Below, piece after piece: positions 1 to 9,984 of a DNA stretch of 64,000 nt (position 1 is the first letter of the stretch; each line of letters begins with the position of its first letter). Where the stretch lies: assembly GCA_963770295.1 (NCBI GenBank), contig CAVYPA010000002.1:53672-117671 (forward strand). The letters run 5' to 3'. The notes under the pieces were generated by a model. That model was given only the letters and a program-made list of their open reading frames with translations, searched no databases and was not told where the DNA came from. Made by a program: the position numbers and the translations under genes. This DNA is from an uncultured Alphaproteobacteria bacterium. GTDB lineage: Bacteria > Pseudomonadota > Alphaproteobacteria > Rhizobiales > Hyphomicrobiaceae.

Positions 1-300
1 GCAGCGGGTGGGGGCGTCGTGGGCGGCATCTTGGGTGCACTGACCGATTATGGAGTGAGCGAGCAGGATGCCCACGTTTACTCGGAAGCTTTGCGCCGTG
101 GCGGTTCCCTGGTGACCGTGCGCACAGATGACGCCAGAGCCGCGCAGGCAGATGCGATCCTCAACTCACAACGGCCTGTCGACATCGGACAGCGCCGCGA
201 GGCCTATGCTAAGTCAGGTTGGTCGCAATACGATCCAGCTTCCAAGGGCTACACTGCGGAGGAAATCCGGCGCGAGCGTGAACGCTATCTGCGCGGTTAG
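1..300 (+). CDS. C-terminal part of a YflT/general-stress-protein-like protein (5' end outside the window)
   Basis: The frame is open from base 1 to TAG at 298-300. A Gly-rich stretch is followed by 'GVSEQDAHVYSEALRRGGSLVTVRTDD', which I recognise as the module typical of YflT-type stress proteins. By-eye similarity only. Confidence 0.5.
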   Translation, partial: AAGGGVVGGILGALTDYGVSEQDAHVYSEALRRGGSLVTVRTDDARAAQADAILNSQRPVDIGQRREAYAKSGWSQYDPASKGYTAEEIRRERERYLRG

Positions 301-308
301 TCCTCTCA

Positions 309-473
309 GGAGATCTCGCGCGCGGGCAGTGGTCCTTTGTGCAACGGACCGAAGGGCAGAACGGGCGCATTAAGCGCATCATGATCGTTGCAGTGGCGCG
401 AAAGCTCGCCATTGCCCTCTGGCGCTATCTCGAGCAAGGTCTGGTTCCGCAAGGAGCGACCCTCACGCGATAA
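309..473 (+). pseudogene. 3' remnant of an IS110-family transposase gene
   Basis: The frame ending at TAA 471-473 reads '...GQNGRIKRIMIVAVARKLAIALWRYLEQGLVPQGATLTR*', a typical IS110-family C-terminus. No N-terminal DEDD domain lies upstream. Confidence 0.6.
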
Positions 474-790
474 CGTCAACAGCGCGCTGAGTTCCGATAC
501 CCAGTCCGGTGTGTCGGGCAGGTCGGATGTGTGGCTGGGGGTCCGCATCGCAGATCGGCGCTTGCCAATCTGCCGTTCGAAAGATGAGCCCCATCCCTCC
601 TGCGCGATCGTCCATGCATGCAGCACCTTGGCAAGCCGGATCGGAGCTGCCGGATATAAGTTGATGCGAACATCGCACGCGCCATGGACTTCGCAGCAAG
701 ACCTGCCGAAAGCAACTCCGAGATCGGAATAACGCGCGACGTCAAGACCGAGACCCCTCTCGTTTCCAAGCATAGCGCGGTGCTCGATCG

Positions 791-838
791 GTCAATGACA
801 AGCCCTGTCGGGCGGGCGCAACCGCGCCCGTCATTGAC
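791..838. repeat. Imperfect palindrome / hairpin
   Basis: GTCAATGAC (791-799) pairs with GTCATTGAC (830-838), and CGGGCGC (813-819) pairs with GCGCCCG (824-830). The left arm carries a bulge. Confidence 0.5.
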
Positions 839-1008
839 GGATCTTGCTCGCCCGCGCTCGTGAGAACGGTAGGGCCGGGACGAAAGAATGGGGCGTTCTC
901 CAAGCCGAACAAAAGAATATGAGGCGAGGGAAGGAAGAAGAAGCCCTACAGCGCTTGACAGGAGGCCCGCCCATATAAGCGGACCGCACAAAGCGGAGGG
1001 AGAAATCC

Positions 1009-1383
1009 CTATTCGTGCTCGCCGAGGTAGCCTTGGATGGTACGCAGGAGCTGCAGCAGACTATAGGGTTTGGTGACATAATGATCGCACCCCGCAGCCC
1101 GTGCTTTCTCTTCATCGCCCTTCATGGCGAATGAGCTGACGGCTATGACGGGTGTCTTTGCCAGGGTCGGATCTGCCTTGATCTGCCGGGTGGCCTCGTA
1201 GCCGTCCATGAGGGGAAGCTGAATGTCCATAAGAATGAGATCGGGGCGCTCGGATTTCGCTTTGGCTACGCCCTCGCGTCCGTCTGCAGCCTCGACAACC
1301 GCATAGCTAGAGCCGCTTAGGAGGTCGCGCAGGACACCGCGCAGGTCTTCCTGGTCGTCGATAATGAGGATGCGCTTGCTCAT
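1009..1383 (-). CDS. Single-domain response regulator (CheY-like receiver)
   Basis: 124 aa. 'ILIIDDQEDLR...PDLILMDIQLPLMDGYEA...VIAVSSFAMKGDEEKA...YVTKP' shows the receiver Asp pocket, the phospho-Asp and the conserved Lys. Confidence 0.9.
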   Translation of the reverse strand: MSKRILIIDDQEDLRGVLRDLLSGSSYAVVEAADGREGVAKAKSERPDLILMDIQLPLMDGYEATRQIKADPTLAKTPVIAVSSFAMKGDEEKARAAGCDHYVTKPYSLLQLLRTIQGYLGEHE

Positions 1384-1431
1384 GAACCGCTCGCTTCAGA
1401 TACAAAGCTCAATAGGAGGCCAATGCCATGT

Positions 1432-2580
1432 TCACGAAGCATCCTGTTCACGAAGGCCGACAACGTTGAATGCTGCGGTCGGCCGATGCAGGCCCTTTAG
1501 CATGAGCTCACCAGCAGGCTCGGCGACGAAAAATGCATCGACGGCGGCTAATACCTTGCGATCGATCAAAATCTGGTTGTCCGCAGCCCTGGCGCACAGG
1601 CGCGCCGCCAGATTGACGACAGTGCCTATCGCTGCGTAATCGAAACGTCCTTCAAAGCCAATGCGGCCCAGCGTGGCATACCCGTGAGCGATACCGATTC
1701 CGAACCCGAGTTGGTGACCTTGCCTGCCCCACTGCGCCACCAATTCCGCCATTAAGGTCCGCATCTTCATGGCCATTCGGACGGCCCGCTCGCACGGATC
1801 AGGGCACGGTAGTGGATCATTGAACCAGACCATGACACCATCGCCAGCATAGCGCTCGAGCGTGCCTCCAAATTGGTGAATTAGTCTCCCCAACGTTTCA
1901 TGGTATTGACGCATGACTTGCATCACGTCCTCAGGTTCGGCGACTTCTGTGAACCCCGTGAAGTCCCGCAAGTCGCAATGAACCGCTGTAATTTCCCGGC
2001 GATGGCTTTCCAACAACTGTTCACCGCCGGAAGACAGAACGAGCTCAGCAATTTGCGGTGACAGGAAGCGTCTTAGTCGGCTGATACGCTCGATTTCTGC
2101 CAATTGATCGTTCACGCGTTGCTGCAGGGTGGTGTTCCATTGGGCAAGCTCGTCCGCTTGCGCCGCAAGCCTCTTAGACTGCTCATGCACAGTGTCGTGC
2201 AGTTCCTTGATACGCAAAGCAGAGCGCACACGGGCCACCAGCGCGGCCTGATCAATTGGTTTGGTAACGTATTCATCGCCGCCCGCTTCCAACCCACGAA
2301 CGACGTCCTTGCTGTCGGCTCGCGCTGTGACCAGAATGATGGGCATGAACGGCAAGTTCTTATCGGCCTTTAGCCGATGGCAGACCTCGAACCCGTCCAT
2401 CTTTGGCATCATAAGGTCGAGAAGTACGAGATCTGGCAGCTTGCTGAGGGCGCAGGCGAGAGCCTCCTCACCATCATTTGCCAAGACAATATCGTAGCCG
2501 CGGGCCTCGAGCAGTCGCCCAAGGATGTCGCGATTGGCCTCATTGTCGTCAGCAATGAGAATCAAGGGTGGCTGGCGCAC
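1432..2580 (-). CDS. Response-regulator receiver fused to a class III adenylate/guanylate cyclase domain
   Basis: 382 aa. N-terminal REC ('LILIADDNEANR...DLVLLDLMMPKMDGFEV...YVTKP'), a coiled linker, then a cyclase core ('REITAVHCDLRDFTGFTE...LERYAGDGVMVWFN...GIGIAHGYATLGRIGFEGRFDYAAIGTVVNLAARL'). Confidence 0.85.
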   Translation of the reverse strand: MRQPPLILIADDNEANRDILGRLLEARGYDIVLANDGEEALACALSKLPDLVLLDLMMPKMDGFEVCHRLKADKNLPFMPIILVTARADSKDVVRGLEAGGDEYVTKPIDQAALVARVRSALRIKELHDTVHEQSKRLAAQADELAQWNTTLQQRVNDQLAEIERISRLRRFLSPQIAELVLSSGGEQLLESHRREITAVHCDLRDFTGFTEVAEPEDVMQVMRQYHETLGRLIHQFGGTLERYAGDGVMVWFNDPLPCPDPCERAVRMAMKMRTLMAELVAQWGRQGHQLGFGIGIAHGYATLGRIGFEGRFDYAAIGTVVNLAARLCARAADNQILIDRKVLAAVDAFFVAEPAGELMLKGLHRPTAAFNVVGLREQDAS

Positions 2581-2706
2581 ATTTATACCCGACCGATTAT
2601 TAGCGCCTCCTCACGAGGAGGCGCGGGTGCTGGATGATTTGGCGACGTAAGCATCGCAAAGGGTGGCCTACGAGCAGGTCTCGCAGAACAATCAAGCCAC
2701 GCTTGC

Positions 2707-3830
2707 TCACACCCTATCCCCACTGAGTTCGGCCCGAATGGGCAGGGTGAAATGAAATGCTGATCCCTTGCCACCTTCCGAGTCCACCCAAATTTGTCCA
2801 CCATGCAACTCCACAATGCGCTTGGCAATTGCGAGCCCGAGCCCCGTACCACCTTTTGCTTTGGTACTGGAGCTATCTACCTGATGAAATTGCTCGAAGA
2901 TGCGTTTCTGCTCCGCCACGGCAATCCCTGGTCCCGTGTCGGTGACACAGACCTCAAAGGTATCATTCCCCGCCGTCGCGCTGATCCGCACCTCACCCTT
3001 GTCGGTGAATTTGATAGCATTGCCGACGAGGTTGAGCAGGACCTGGGTGAGGCGCTGCTCGTCGCCGACGCCCACTGGTAAGCGCTTGGCAACGTCGGTC
3101 TTGAGCCCAAGCTCCTTAGTTTCTGCCAGGGCCTCGGTTGCCGCGCGCACTGTCTCAACCACGTTCTCGAGGGCGTATTCGCCGAGGTTCAGGCTGAACT
3201 GGCCAGAACTCGATCTTGGCGATGTCGAGCACGGTGTTGATCAACCCCAGCAGGTGCTTGCCGTTGGAGCGGATGCGGGTAAGCGCATCCAGCGATTTCT
3301 CGGGCAGCGGACCATAGAAGCCCTCCTGGATCAGCTCGGCATAACCCAGGATCGCGGCCAGCGGGGTTCTAAGCTCGTGGCTCATGTTGGCAACGAATTG
3401 CGACTTGTGCTGGCTGGCGAACTCAAGCTCCCGGTTCTTCTGCGCGATCTCCTCAAACAAGCGGGCGTTCTCCAGCGCAATCGCGGACCGGTCGGCGAAG
3501 GCCTGCATCAGGCGGATGATGGCCTGCGGGAACTCGCCAGGCTGGCGACGCCGCAGGATGAGCGTGCGAAGCGGCTCCTCCGCGCCGAGTAGTGGGACGA
3601 TAAGAGATGCGCGGAACCCCGCTTCCAGAACCAAGTCCCGCAAGGGTTCGCTCGGGCGTTGATTCAGATCTGGAATTTGTAGTGGCTGTCGCTTCGCAAT
3701 CGCCTCGCCTAGGCCAGATTCTCTCGCAGAAATGTCAAGCTTTTGGAGTCGAGCAACGAAGTCCTCAGTGAGCCCCCGTCTCGCCGAGTTCGAAGGTGCC
3801 AAGCTCCTTGCGATAGTAGAATATCGATGT
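2707..3830 (-). pseudogene. Decayed paralogue of the adjacent GAF sensor histidine kinase (GAF remnant, HisKA, HATPase_c)
   Basis: ORFs 3155-3802 and 2707-3162 together read GAF, then 'SHELRTPL', then HATPase ('[18 protein letters not shown]'). They are out of frame. Removing one base near 3207 restores '[25 protein letters not shown]', as in the intact copy. A further frame change lies near 3775. The N-terminal GAF repeats are missing. Confidence 0.8.
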
Positions 3831-3990
3831 CCATGAGGATGAGATCTGGGCGATCCGATTTGGCCGTTGCGATGGCCGCCTGCCCGTCTGGCGCTTCAAG
3901 GACAGCTTAACCCGAGCCGGTCAAGAGATCGCGTAGGACGCCGCGCAGGTCCTCCTGGTCCTCGACGACGAGAATGCGTTTGCCGGTCAT
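3823..3990 (-). pseudogene. N-terminal 56-codon remnant of a CheY-like receiver, with an in-frame TAA, fused to the kinase remnant
   Basis: The minus strand reads 'MTGKRILVVEDQEDLRGVLRDLLTGSG*AVLEAPDGQAAIATAKSDRPDLILMDIDI', a paralogue of the 1009-1383 product. The TAA (plus-strand tta at 3907-3909) replaces the Tyr codon of the paralogue. The domain stops after 'LILMDI'. Its ATG overlaps the upstream kinase stop as ATGA at 3987-3990. Confidence 0.75.
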
Positions 3991-6423
3991 GGCTCAACTC
4001 CGTGCCCGGCGGCGCGGATCGGCAGCTGCAGCTGAAAGGTGGCGCCCCGGCCCAGTATCGACTCCACCCAGATACGCCCGCCGTGCATCTCTATGATCTG
4101 CTTGGCGATGGCCAGACCCAGCCCGGTCCCACCCTTGAGCTTGGTGTCGGAGCTGTCGACCTGGTGGAATTGCTCGAAGATGCGGGTCTGCTCCTCGGAA
4201 GGGATTCCTGGCCCGGTGTCCGCCACCGTGATGGCGAACTGGTCGTTCGCGGCCGCGGCCGCAATCCGCACCTCGCCCACATCTGTGAACTTGATGGCAT
4301 TACCGACCAGGTTGAGTAGCACTTGAGTCAGGCGTTGCTCGTCGCCAAGCCCGATCGGCAGGGACCTCGCAACATCCGCCTTGAGCCCGAGCTTCTTGTT
4401 CTCCGCCAACGCCTCCGTGGCGGCGCGCACCGTCTCGACCACGTTCTCCAGGGCATACTCGGCGAGATTGAGCTTGAACTGTCCTGACTCGATCTTGGCG
4501 ATGTCAAGAACGGTGTTGATGAGACCGAGCAGGTGCCTGCCGTTTGAGCGGATGCGACCGAGCGCATCCAACGATTTTGGACCCTGGGGCTCATAGAAGC
4601 CCTCCTGGATCAGCTCGGCGTATCCTAGGATCGCGGCGAGCGGCGTCCTGAGCTCATGGCTCATGTTGGCGACGAACTGCGACTTGTGCTGGCTGGCGAT
4701 CTTGAGATTCTCAACTGTAGTGGCGAGTTCACTTGTGCGCGCCTGCAACTCTTCGAGAAGGCGCGCGTTATCGATGGCGATGACGGCCTGGTCGGCGAAG
4801 GTCTGCAGCAGTTCAATCTGCTTCCTAGTCAGCTCGAAGCCAGCCTCCGGGTGGGTGAGGATAATGGTGCCGATGCCCTTGTCCTGATTCACCAGGGGCA
4901 CGAAAGCAATGGAGCGAAATCCGCACAGCCACCTGAACCTTGCGGGTAAACTCAGGCGTATCGGGTGCTGTGGCGTCGGGGATCACCACCATTCGCCGCT
5001 CGAGCATGGCGCGGGCCGACGGCACCCGCTCCGGATCGAAGGGAACAGGGTACACCTCCTGCATGCGACGGATGTCGGATGCAGGATTCAGGGTCGCCGA
5101 TCCATTCCAGTGCAGGCACTCATCCTTGAGGGTAGTGATGGTTGCGGTGCAGGGGTAGAAGAGCCGCGCCGCATTCTCTACGATCGCGTCAAATACTGGC
5201 TGGATCTCGGCTTTCGTGCGGCTGATTATGTCGAGGATCCCGCTGGTCGCGGTCTGGTATTCGAGCGACTCAGTCAATTCGCGCGTCCCAGCCTGAACCT
5301 CCTCAAACAGACGCGTGTTCTCGATGGCGATGACGGCCTGGTCGGCGAAGGTCTCCAGCAGCTCGATCTGCCTCAGTGTGAAAGGGGCCACGCGCGTGCG
5401 GTAGAGCGAGAGCAGGCCCACCGGCCGGCCGTCACGCAACAGTGGCACGCCCAGCATGCTGCGCGCCCCTGTGATGCGCGTGAAGTCGCGGAACGTGTAC
5501 TCGGCGTCGGCCTCCACGTTCGGGATGTGCACAGGCCTACCCCCGGCGATCGTGCGTCCGGCGAGCGAGCCGCGGTCGATTACCTGGCCGATCTTGCTCA
5601 GCGCCTGCACCATATCGGTGGGGAAGCCATACCGCGCCCGACCGGGCAGGCTGGCGTCGCGCTGGACGTGGATGGCCACCATCGGCGCGTCGCACAGGTG
5701 CGCGGCGGAGGCGACCAGCGTATCGAGCACGGGCTGCAGCTCGAACTTCGACCGGCTGATGGCCCCTAGCACCTCGCTCGTCGCCGTCTGCTGCTCGAGC
5801 GCTTCTGCTAGCTCCCGCGTCCGCGCCTCCACCTCCTCAAACAGACGCGTGTTCTCGATGGCGATCACGGCTTGATCGGCGAAGGTTTGCACGAGTTCAA
5901 TTTGCTTTGCCGTGAAAGGCCGCACCTCGCGGCGCCCGCATCCGATCACGCCGACTACGATGTCCTCTCTGAGCATTGGCACGGCGAGAATCGTGCGAAC
6001 CCCTGCTGCCTGTGGACCTACCCATGCATACTCGGGATCCTTCAACACGTCATGGATGTGGACAACCTGGCGCTCAAGCACTGCCCTTCCCGTCGCCGAT
6101 TGGCGGCCCTGAGGGATCGGGTTCTGCTTTGCGACCTGGATGAACTCGGGAGAGGCGCCATAGATGGCTGCAGCGCGATAGACCTCGCCATCTTGCCTGA
6201 TGATGAGCCCCGTTTCCGCGCTCGTGAGCTGCACGGCGGTCTGTATTAAACTGTCCAGCACTTCTTGCAGATCGAAAGTCGAACGGCTGACGGCCTTGAG
6301 AACCTCGGCAGTGGCCACCTCGCGTCGATGAGCTTCGGTCAGCTCTCGCTCCAGCTCGGTGACCCTGCGGGCGAGTTGTTGATCCGCGTCGGCTGTCGTG
6401 TCGGACGCCATGGCAACATCCAA
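3987..6423 (-). pseudogene. Cytoplasmic multi-GAF sensor histidine kinase, reading frame broken once (mutation or sequencing error)
   Basis: ORF 4825-6423 has a coiled N-terminus and repeated GAF domains, each ending '[19 protein letters not shown]'. ORF 3987-4901 has a last GAF, HisKA 'SHELRTPL' and HATPase. The two join as '...[18 protein letters not shown]' if one base near 4920-4925 is removed. No TM segment. Confidence 0.8.
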
Positions 6424-6806
6424 TTTTTTTGAATTCGACAGCTGCCTTAATGTTAACTGACGAACCTAGACCATCCTACGCGAGGCTGTGGTCTTACGAA
6501 ATGACTTCCGGCGCGCAGGAAGCGAGCCACAAGGTGCTAAATCGAATGATCCGATCCTGACGTCCCATGGCACGATTGCCTCCCGGCGATGTCCGCTTCA
6601 GGCATTGCGCGGGGCCACAATCCCAACAACCTATGTCGCTTGCTGTGCAGGTTTTCACCGTCGTCCAACCGCCCGATCGCCGCTTCACCTGCACAAAAGC
6701 GGACAACGAAGCCCCGCCTGCACCTCGGCGGCGGCCATTGTGGGGTCGACGCCGGCTCGATTGTCAGGCGCACGACGCCGGGCCGACCTCCTTTTTGTCC
6801 GCTGAA

Positions 6807-7217
6807 CTAGGGCGCCAGTTTCTCGGCGTTACCAGGCGCCGTCTTCACAACCTTGGCACGGGTCTGGCCGGTGGCTGAGTCGATTATCGAAACCGTCTCA
6901 CCAGTCTTGTCCCAGCGTCCACACGGAGCAGGCGGCCTCTGCTTCCATTCGGTGCACAGCAAATCGCCTTTCATTTGCCACGTGCCCGTCCACATGGCCC
7001 CAGTCGGCGTCTTGTAGATGGCCGTCCCATCCTCAGTCCAATGGAGTACGCCCTGCCCAGCCGCTCCAGTGACTGACGAGGCAGTAGTCTCCAAGTAGAC
7101 GGTCTTACCTATGGCAAACGCTCTGATGTCTGCAGCCGTCATGTCCGCGGCGAGCGCCGAACCGGCCAGGCCGACGACGCCAATGGCAACGCAGATGGTA
7201 CGCGCAGCAATACGCAT
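6807..7217 (-). CDS. Small secreted protein (DUF995-like)
   Basis: 136 aa. Signal peptide 'MRIAARTICVAIGVVGLAGSALA'. The 'WQMKGDLLCTEW' type core resembles rhizobial DUF995 proteins. The family call is tentative. Confidence 0.6.
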   Translation of the reverse strand: MRIAARTICVAIGVVGLAGSALAADMTAADIRAFAIGKTVYLETTASSVTGAAGQGVLHWTEDGTAIYKTPTGAMWTGTWQMKGDLLCTEWKQRPPAPCGRWDKTGETVSIIDSATGQTRAKVVKTAPGNAEKLAP

Positions 7218-7601
7218 GTGTGATTCTCCCTCAAGTCATCCGAGTTCGATTTGACGGTTGTTCCCAATCACCCGGAGTATCCGCTATCGTAGGGTGGACG
7301 CAGCCGGCGAGCAAGACGAGCACAGACTGGCACCTCGGCGCTCCAGGCCCGGCCATCCTAGGCAACCCTCGAAGCTACATCGGGGGTAAGTCGCCTCGTC
7401 CGTGGAGGGACATACAGGCTAGCCGCGCCATTTCTCATCGAAGCTTTGCCATGCAGGCAAGGTCGTGTACGATCATGGTGGTCGGCGCCGCTCCACTCCC
7501 GATGCTCCCGGGATACAGCTCCTCGTTGATTACCTAAGTTGGTCAAAAGCCCGACACCCGACCAGTGTGCATCGAATCTGGATCGTATAGGGAGAGACAC
7601 A

Positions 7602-8207
7602 ATGGCGGAGAAAAGCGCAGACCTGGCGACGCCTGCCGCGGCACCGCAATTGTTGCCAAGAACATCGTCGCAAATTCTCGGGCCTTTCTATCCACTGTGT
7701 GAGCCCTCGAAGGGCGGCGACCTCACGCGGGTCCCCGGGCGGACCGCGCGGGCGCAGGGACAGATCATCTATCTCGGTGGCCGTGTCCTCGATCGTGCAA
7801 GCAATCCGGTGCGCGGCGCCAAACTCGAAATCTGGCAAGCGAACACCTTCGGTCGCTACAGCCACCCTAACGATGACAATCCGGCACCACTCGATCCCAA
7901 TTTCGAGGGTTTCGCGGTCGTGCAGACGGACGACGATGGCCTCTACAACCTGAAGACAATCAAGCCGGCGGCCTATCCGGCGGGTGCTGCGATGCGTCCT
8001 TCACACATTCACTTCGAGGTGTGGGGCAAGCGCGAACGGCTGGTCACCCAGTTGTACTTCAAGGGCGATCCATTTCACGACAAGGACCGCTTCCTGCTAT
8101 CGGCGGAGCGTCCGGAAACGATCGTAATGCCGATCCTCGAGCCGCTCGCGGGGATGGACGCCGATGCCAAGCGCGTCGTCTTCGACATCGTGCTGATGCA
8201 AGGGTAA
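7602..8207 (+). CDS. Intradiol ring-cleavage dioxygenase (protocatechuate 3,4-dioxygenase beta-subunit-like)
   Basis: 'ILGPFYP', 'LEIWQANTFGRYSHPND' and 'RPSHIHFEVWG' motifs. ATG at 7602 is preceded by GGGAGAG. No alpha-subunit gene is adjacent. Confidence 0.75.
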   Translation: MAEKSADLATPAAAPQLLPRTSSQILGPFYPLCEPSKGGDLTRVPGRTARAQGQIIYLGGRVLDRASNPVRGAKLEIWQANTFGRYSHPNDDNPAPLDPNFEGFAVVQTDDDGLYNLKTIKPAAYPAGAAMRPSHIHFEVWGKRERLVTQLYFKGDPFHDKDRFLLSAERPETIVMPILEPLAGMDADAKRVVFDIVLMQG

Positions 8208-8232
8208 CAGCCAGCACTGGCGAGAGGGCTCG

Positions 8233-9051
8233 ATGGTGTTCCGCTTGCCCGAACAGGCGGCGGTCCGCGAGGGGTTGGCGGACACGCCGGGGGCGCGGCT
8301 TTGGTACTGGGACACCGGAGGTGGCGGTGAGCCGGTCGTGCTCAGTCATCCCTTGTCGCAAGGCAGTGCGATCTGGGCGCACCAGCAGCCGGTATTTGCC
8401 GCCGCGGGCTATCGGGTCGTCGGTTATTCCCGTCGCGGTTTTGACCGGTCGGAGCGAGGAACCGCGGAGGACCCAGGCACGGCAATCGGGGATTTTTGCC
8501 AACTCCTCGACGCCCTTGCGATCGACACGGCGCATGTGATCGGAGCCGCGGCCGGCGGGGGCATCGCGATGCGGCTCGCTGCAGCACATTCCGAACGGGT
8601 GAGTTCCTTGGTGCTTGCCGGCTCCATCGTTGCGCCGGCCGAGCCAGACTGGCTTGAAATGTACACAAGGCTCGACATTAAAGCGGTCAAGCCTCACGTC
8701 TCGACCGCATTCATCGAGCTTGGACCGTCTTACCGCGCGAGCAATCCCGAAGGCACGGCGAGGTTCGCGGCCCTTTCCGCGGAAGCCCACCGCAACCATC
8801 CCGTTGACCAGCCGTCAGGTCTCGAGCTGAACTGGAAGGCAATGGAGCGCACACGCGTTCCAGTCCTCCTGCTGACAGGCGAGGCGGATCTCTATGCTCC
8901 CCCTGCGCTGCAGCGCCTCATGGCTCAGCATCTGCCGCTGCACGAGATCGCAACGATCCGAGAAGTTGGACACGCGCCCTATTGGGAAGCACCCGAGGCC
9001 TTCAACGGGCTTGTTCTCGATTTCCTGCGGCGGCACCGCTGGCAGCCATAG
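8233..9051 (+). CDS. Alpha/beta-fold hydrolase
   Basis: 272 aa. 'EPVVLSHPLSQGSAIW...GYRVVGYSRRGFDRS', a nucleophile-elbow-like 'VIGAAAGG', and C-terminal 'EVGHAPYWEAPEAF'. Confidence 0.8.
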   Translation: MVFRLPEQAAVREGLADTPGARLWYWDTGGGGEPVVLSHPLSQGSAIWAHQQPVFAAAGYRVVGYSRRGFDRSERGTAEDPGTAIGDFCQLLDALAIDTAHVIGAAAGGGIAMRLAAAHSERVSSLVLAGSIVAPAEPDWLEMYTRLDIKAVKPHVSTAFIELGPSYRASNPEGTARFAALSAEAHRNHPVDQPSGLELNWKAMERTRVPVLLLTGEADLYAPPALQRLMAQHLPLHEIATIREVGHAPYWEAPEAFNGLVLDFLRRHRWQP

Positions 9052-9410
9052 GGCGCCGACGCCAGGGCGCTGATGAAGGGTCTCAGTGCGAACGGCGGGA
9101 GGACCGTGCTTGCCGCATAGGTCGTGGCGTGGATTGCGATCACCGCAATAGGGAAAACGTCGTGGTGCACACGCCGTCGGCTGCCATCGAAACCCGCAAA
9201 TGAGGAAGCGCTAAGATCGGGAGACTCGTATCGCAAGCTTTGCTTCTATCTCAAGTCAACACTTGTCACGCGGCATAATGAGGGTTCTACCTGATCCCGA
9301 AACTGCCGGGATTTCGGCAGCATGGTTGCTGCGCCGCTTGGCACTCCGAAGAACGACCCAAGGTCAGGTGCGAGCACAAATATCAGTCAAACCCCGTTGG
9401 GAGTTCCGCG

Positions 9411-9932
9411 ATGAGCGACCTCATTGTCCTCGATTTTGACGGCACAGGCACCGCGGACGAGGTGCTGACAAGGTTGCGGAGCATGCAGAAGGAGCATCTT
9501 ATTGATCTGGAGGATGCCTGCGTCGTCGTTCACACGGAGGCCGGCAAGCTCCAGGTCAAGCAGGCGGTCAACCTGACCAAAGCCGGAGCAGCGACCGGTT
9601 TCAGCACCGGCATGCTGATCGGCGCGCTAGCCGGCCTGCTGGTGCTCAATCCTCTTGCCGGAATGGTCGTCGGCGGTCTGAGCGGCGCCGGCTTTGGTGC
9701 CTTGTCGGGCAAGATGGCCGACTACGGTATCAACGACGACTTCATCAAGGGCCTCGGCAATACAATTCCGAAGGGCTCATCGGCGCTGTTCGTCCTGGTT
9801 AAGAGTTCCACGCCCGATAAGGTTCTGCCAGAGATCGAGCCCTACAAGCCACGCGTGCTCAAGACATCGCTCTCCAAGCAGCAGGAGGACAAGCTACGAG
9901 CCGCACTGCAGACGAGCGCGCAGGCTGCGTAG
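9411..9932 (+). CDS. DUF1269-family membrane protein
   Basis: 173 aa. 'LIVLDFDG...ADEVL..L..' N-terminus, a Gly-rich hydrophobic centre 'GMLIGALAGLLVLNPLAGMVVGGLSGAGFGALSG', then 'DYGINDDFIK'. Confidence 0.7.
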   Translation: MSDLIVLDFDGTGTADEVLTRLRSMQKEHLIDLEDACVVVHTEAGKLQVKQAVNLTKAGAATGFSTGMLIGALAGLLVLNPLAGMVVGGLSGAGFGALSGKMADYGINDDFIKGLGNTIPKGSSALFVLVKSSTPDKVLPEIEPYKPRVLKTSLSKQQEDKLRAALQTSAQAA

Positions 9933-9960
9933 GCGAACGTTGTCGCGGCCAGCCGCCGAT

Positions 9961-9984
9961 GTGGGAGGCGAGTTCGCGTCCCAC
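9961..9984 (+). terminator. Candidate stem-loop downstream of the DUF1269 gene
   Basis: GTGGGAgGCGAgtTCGCgTCCCAC lies 29 nt after the stop. No U-tract follows, so its role as a terminator is uncertain. Confidence 0.3.
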
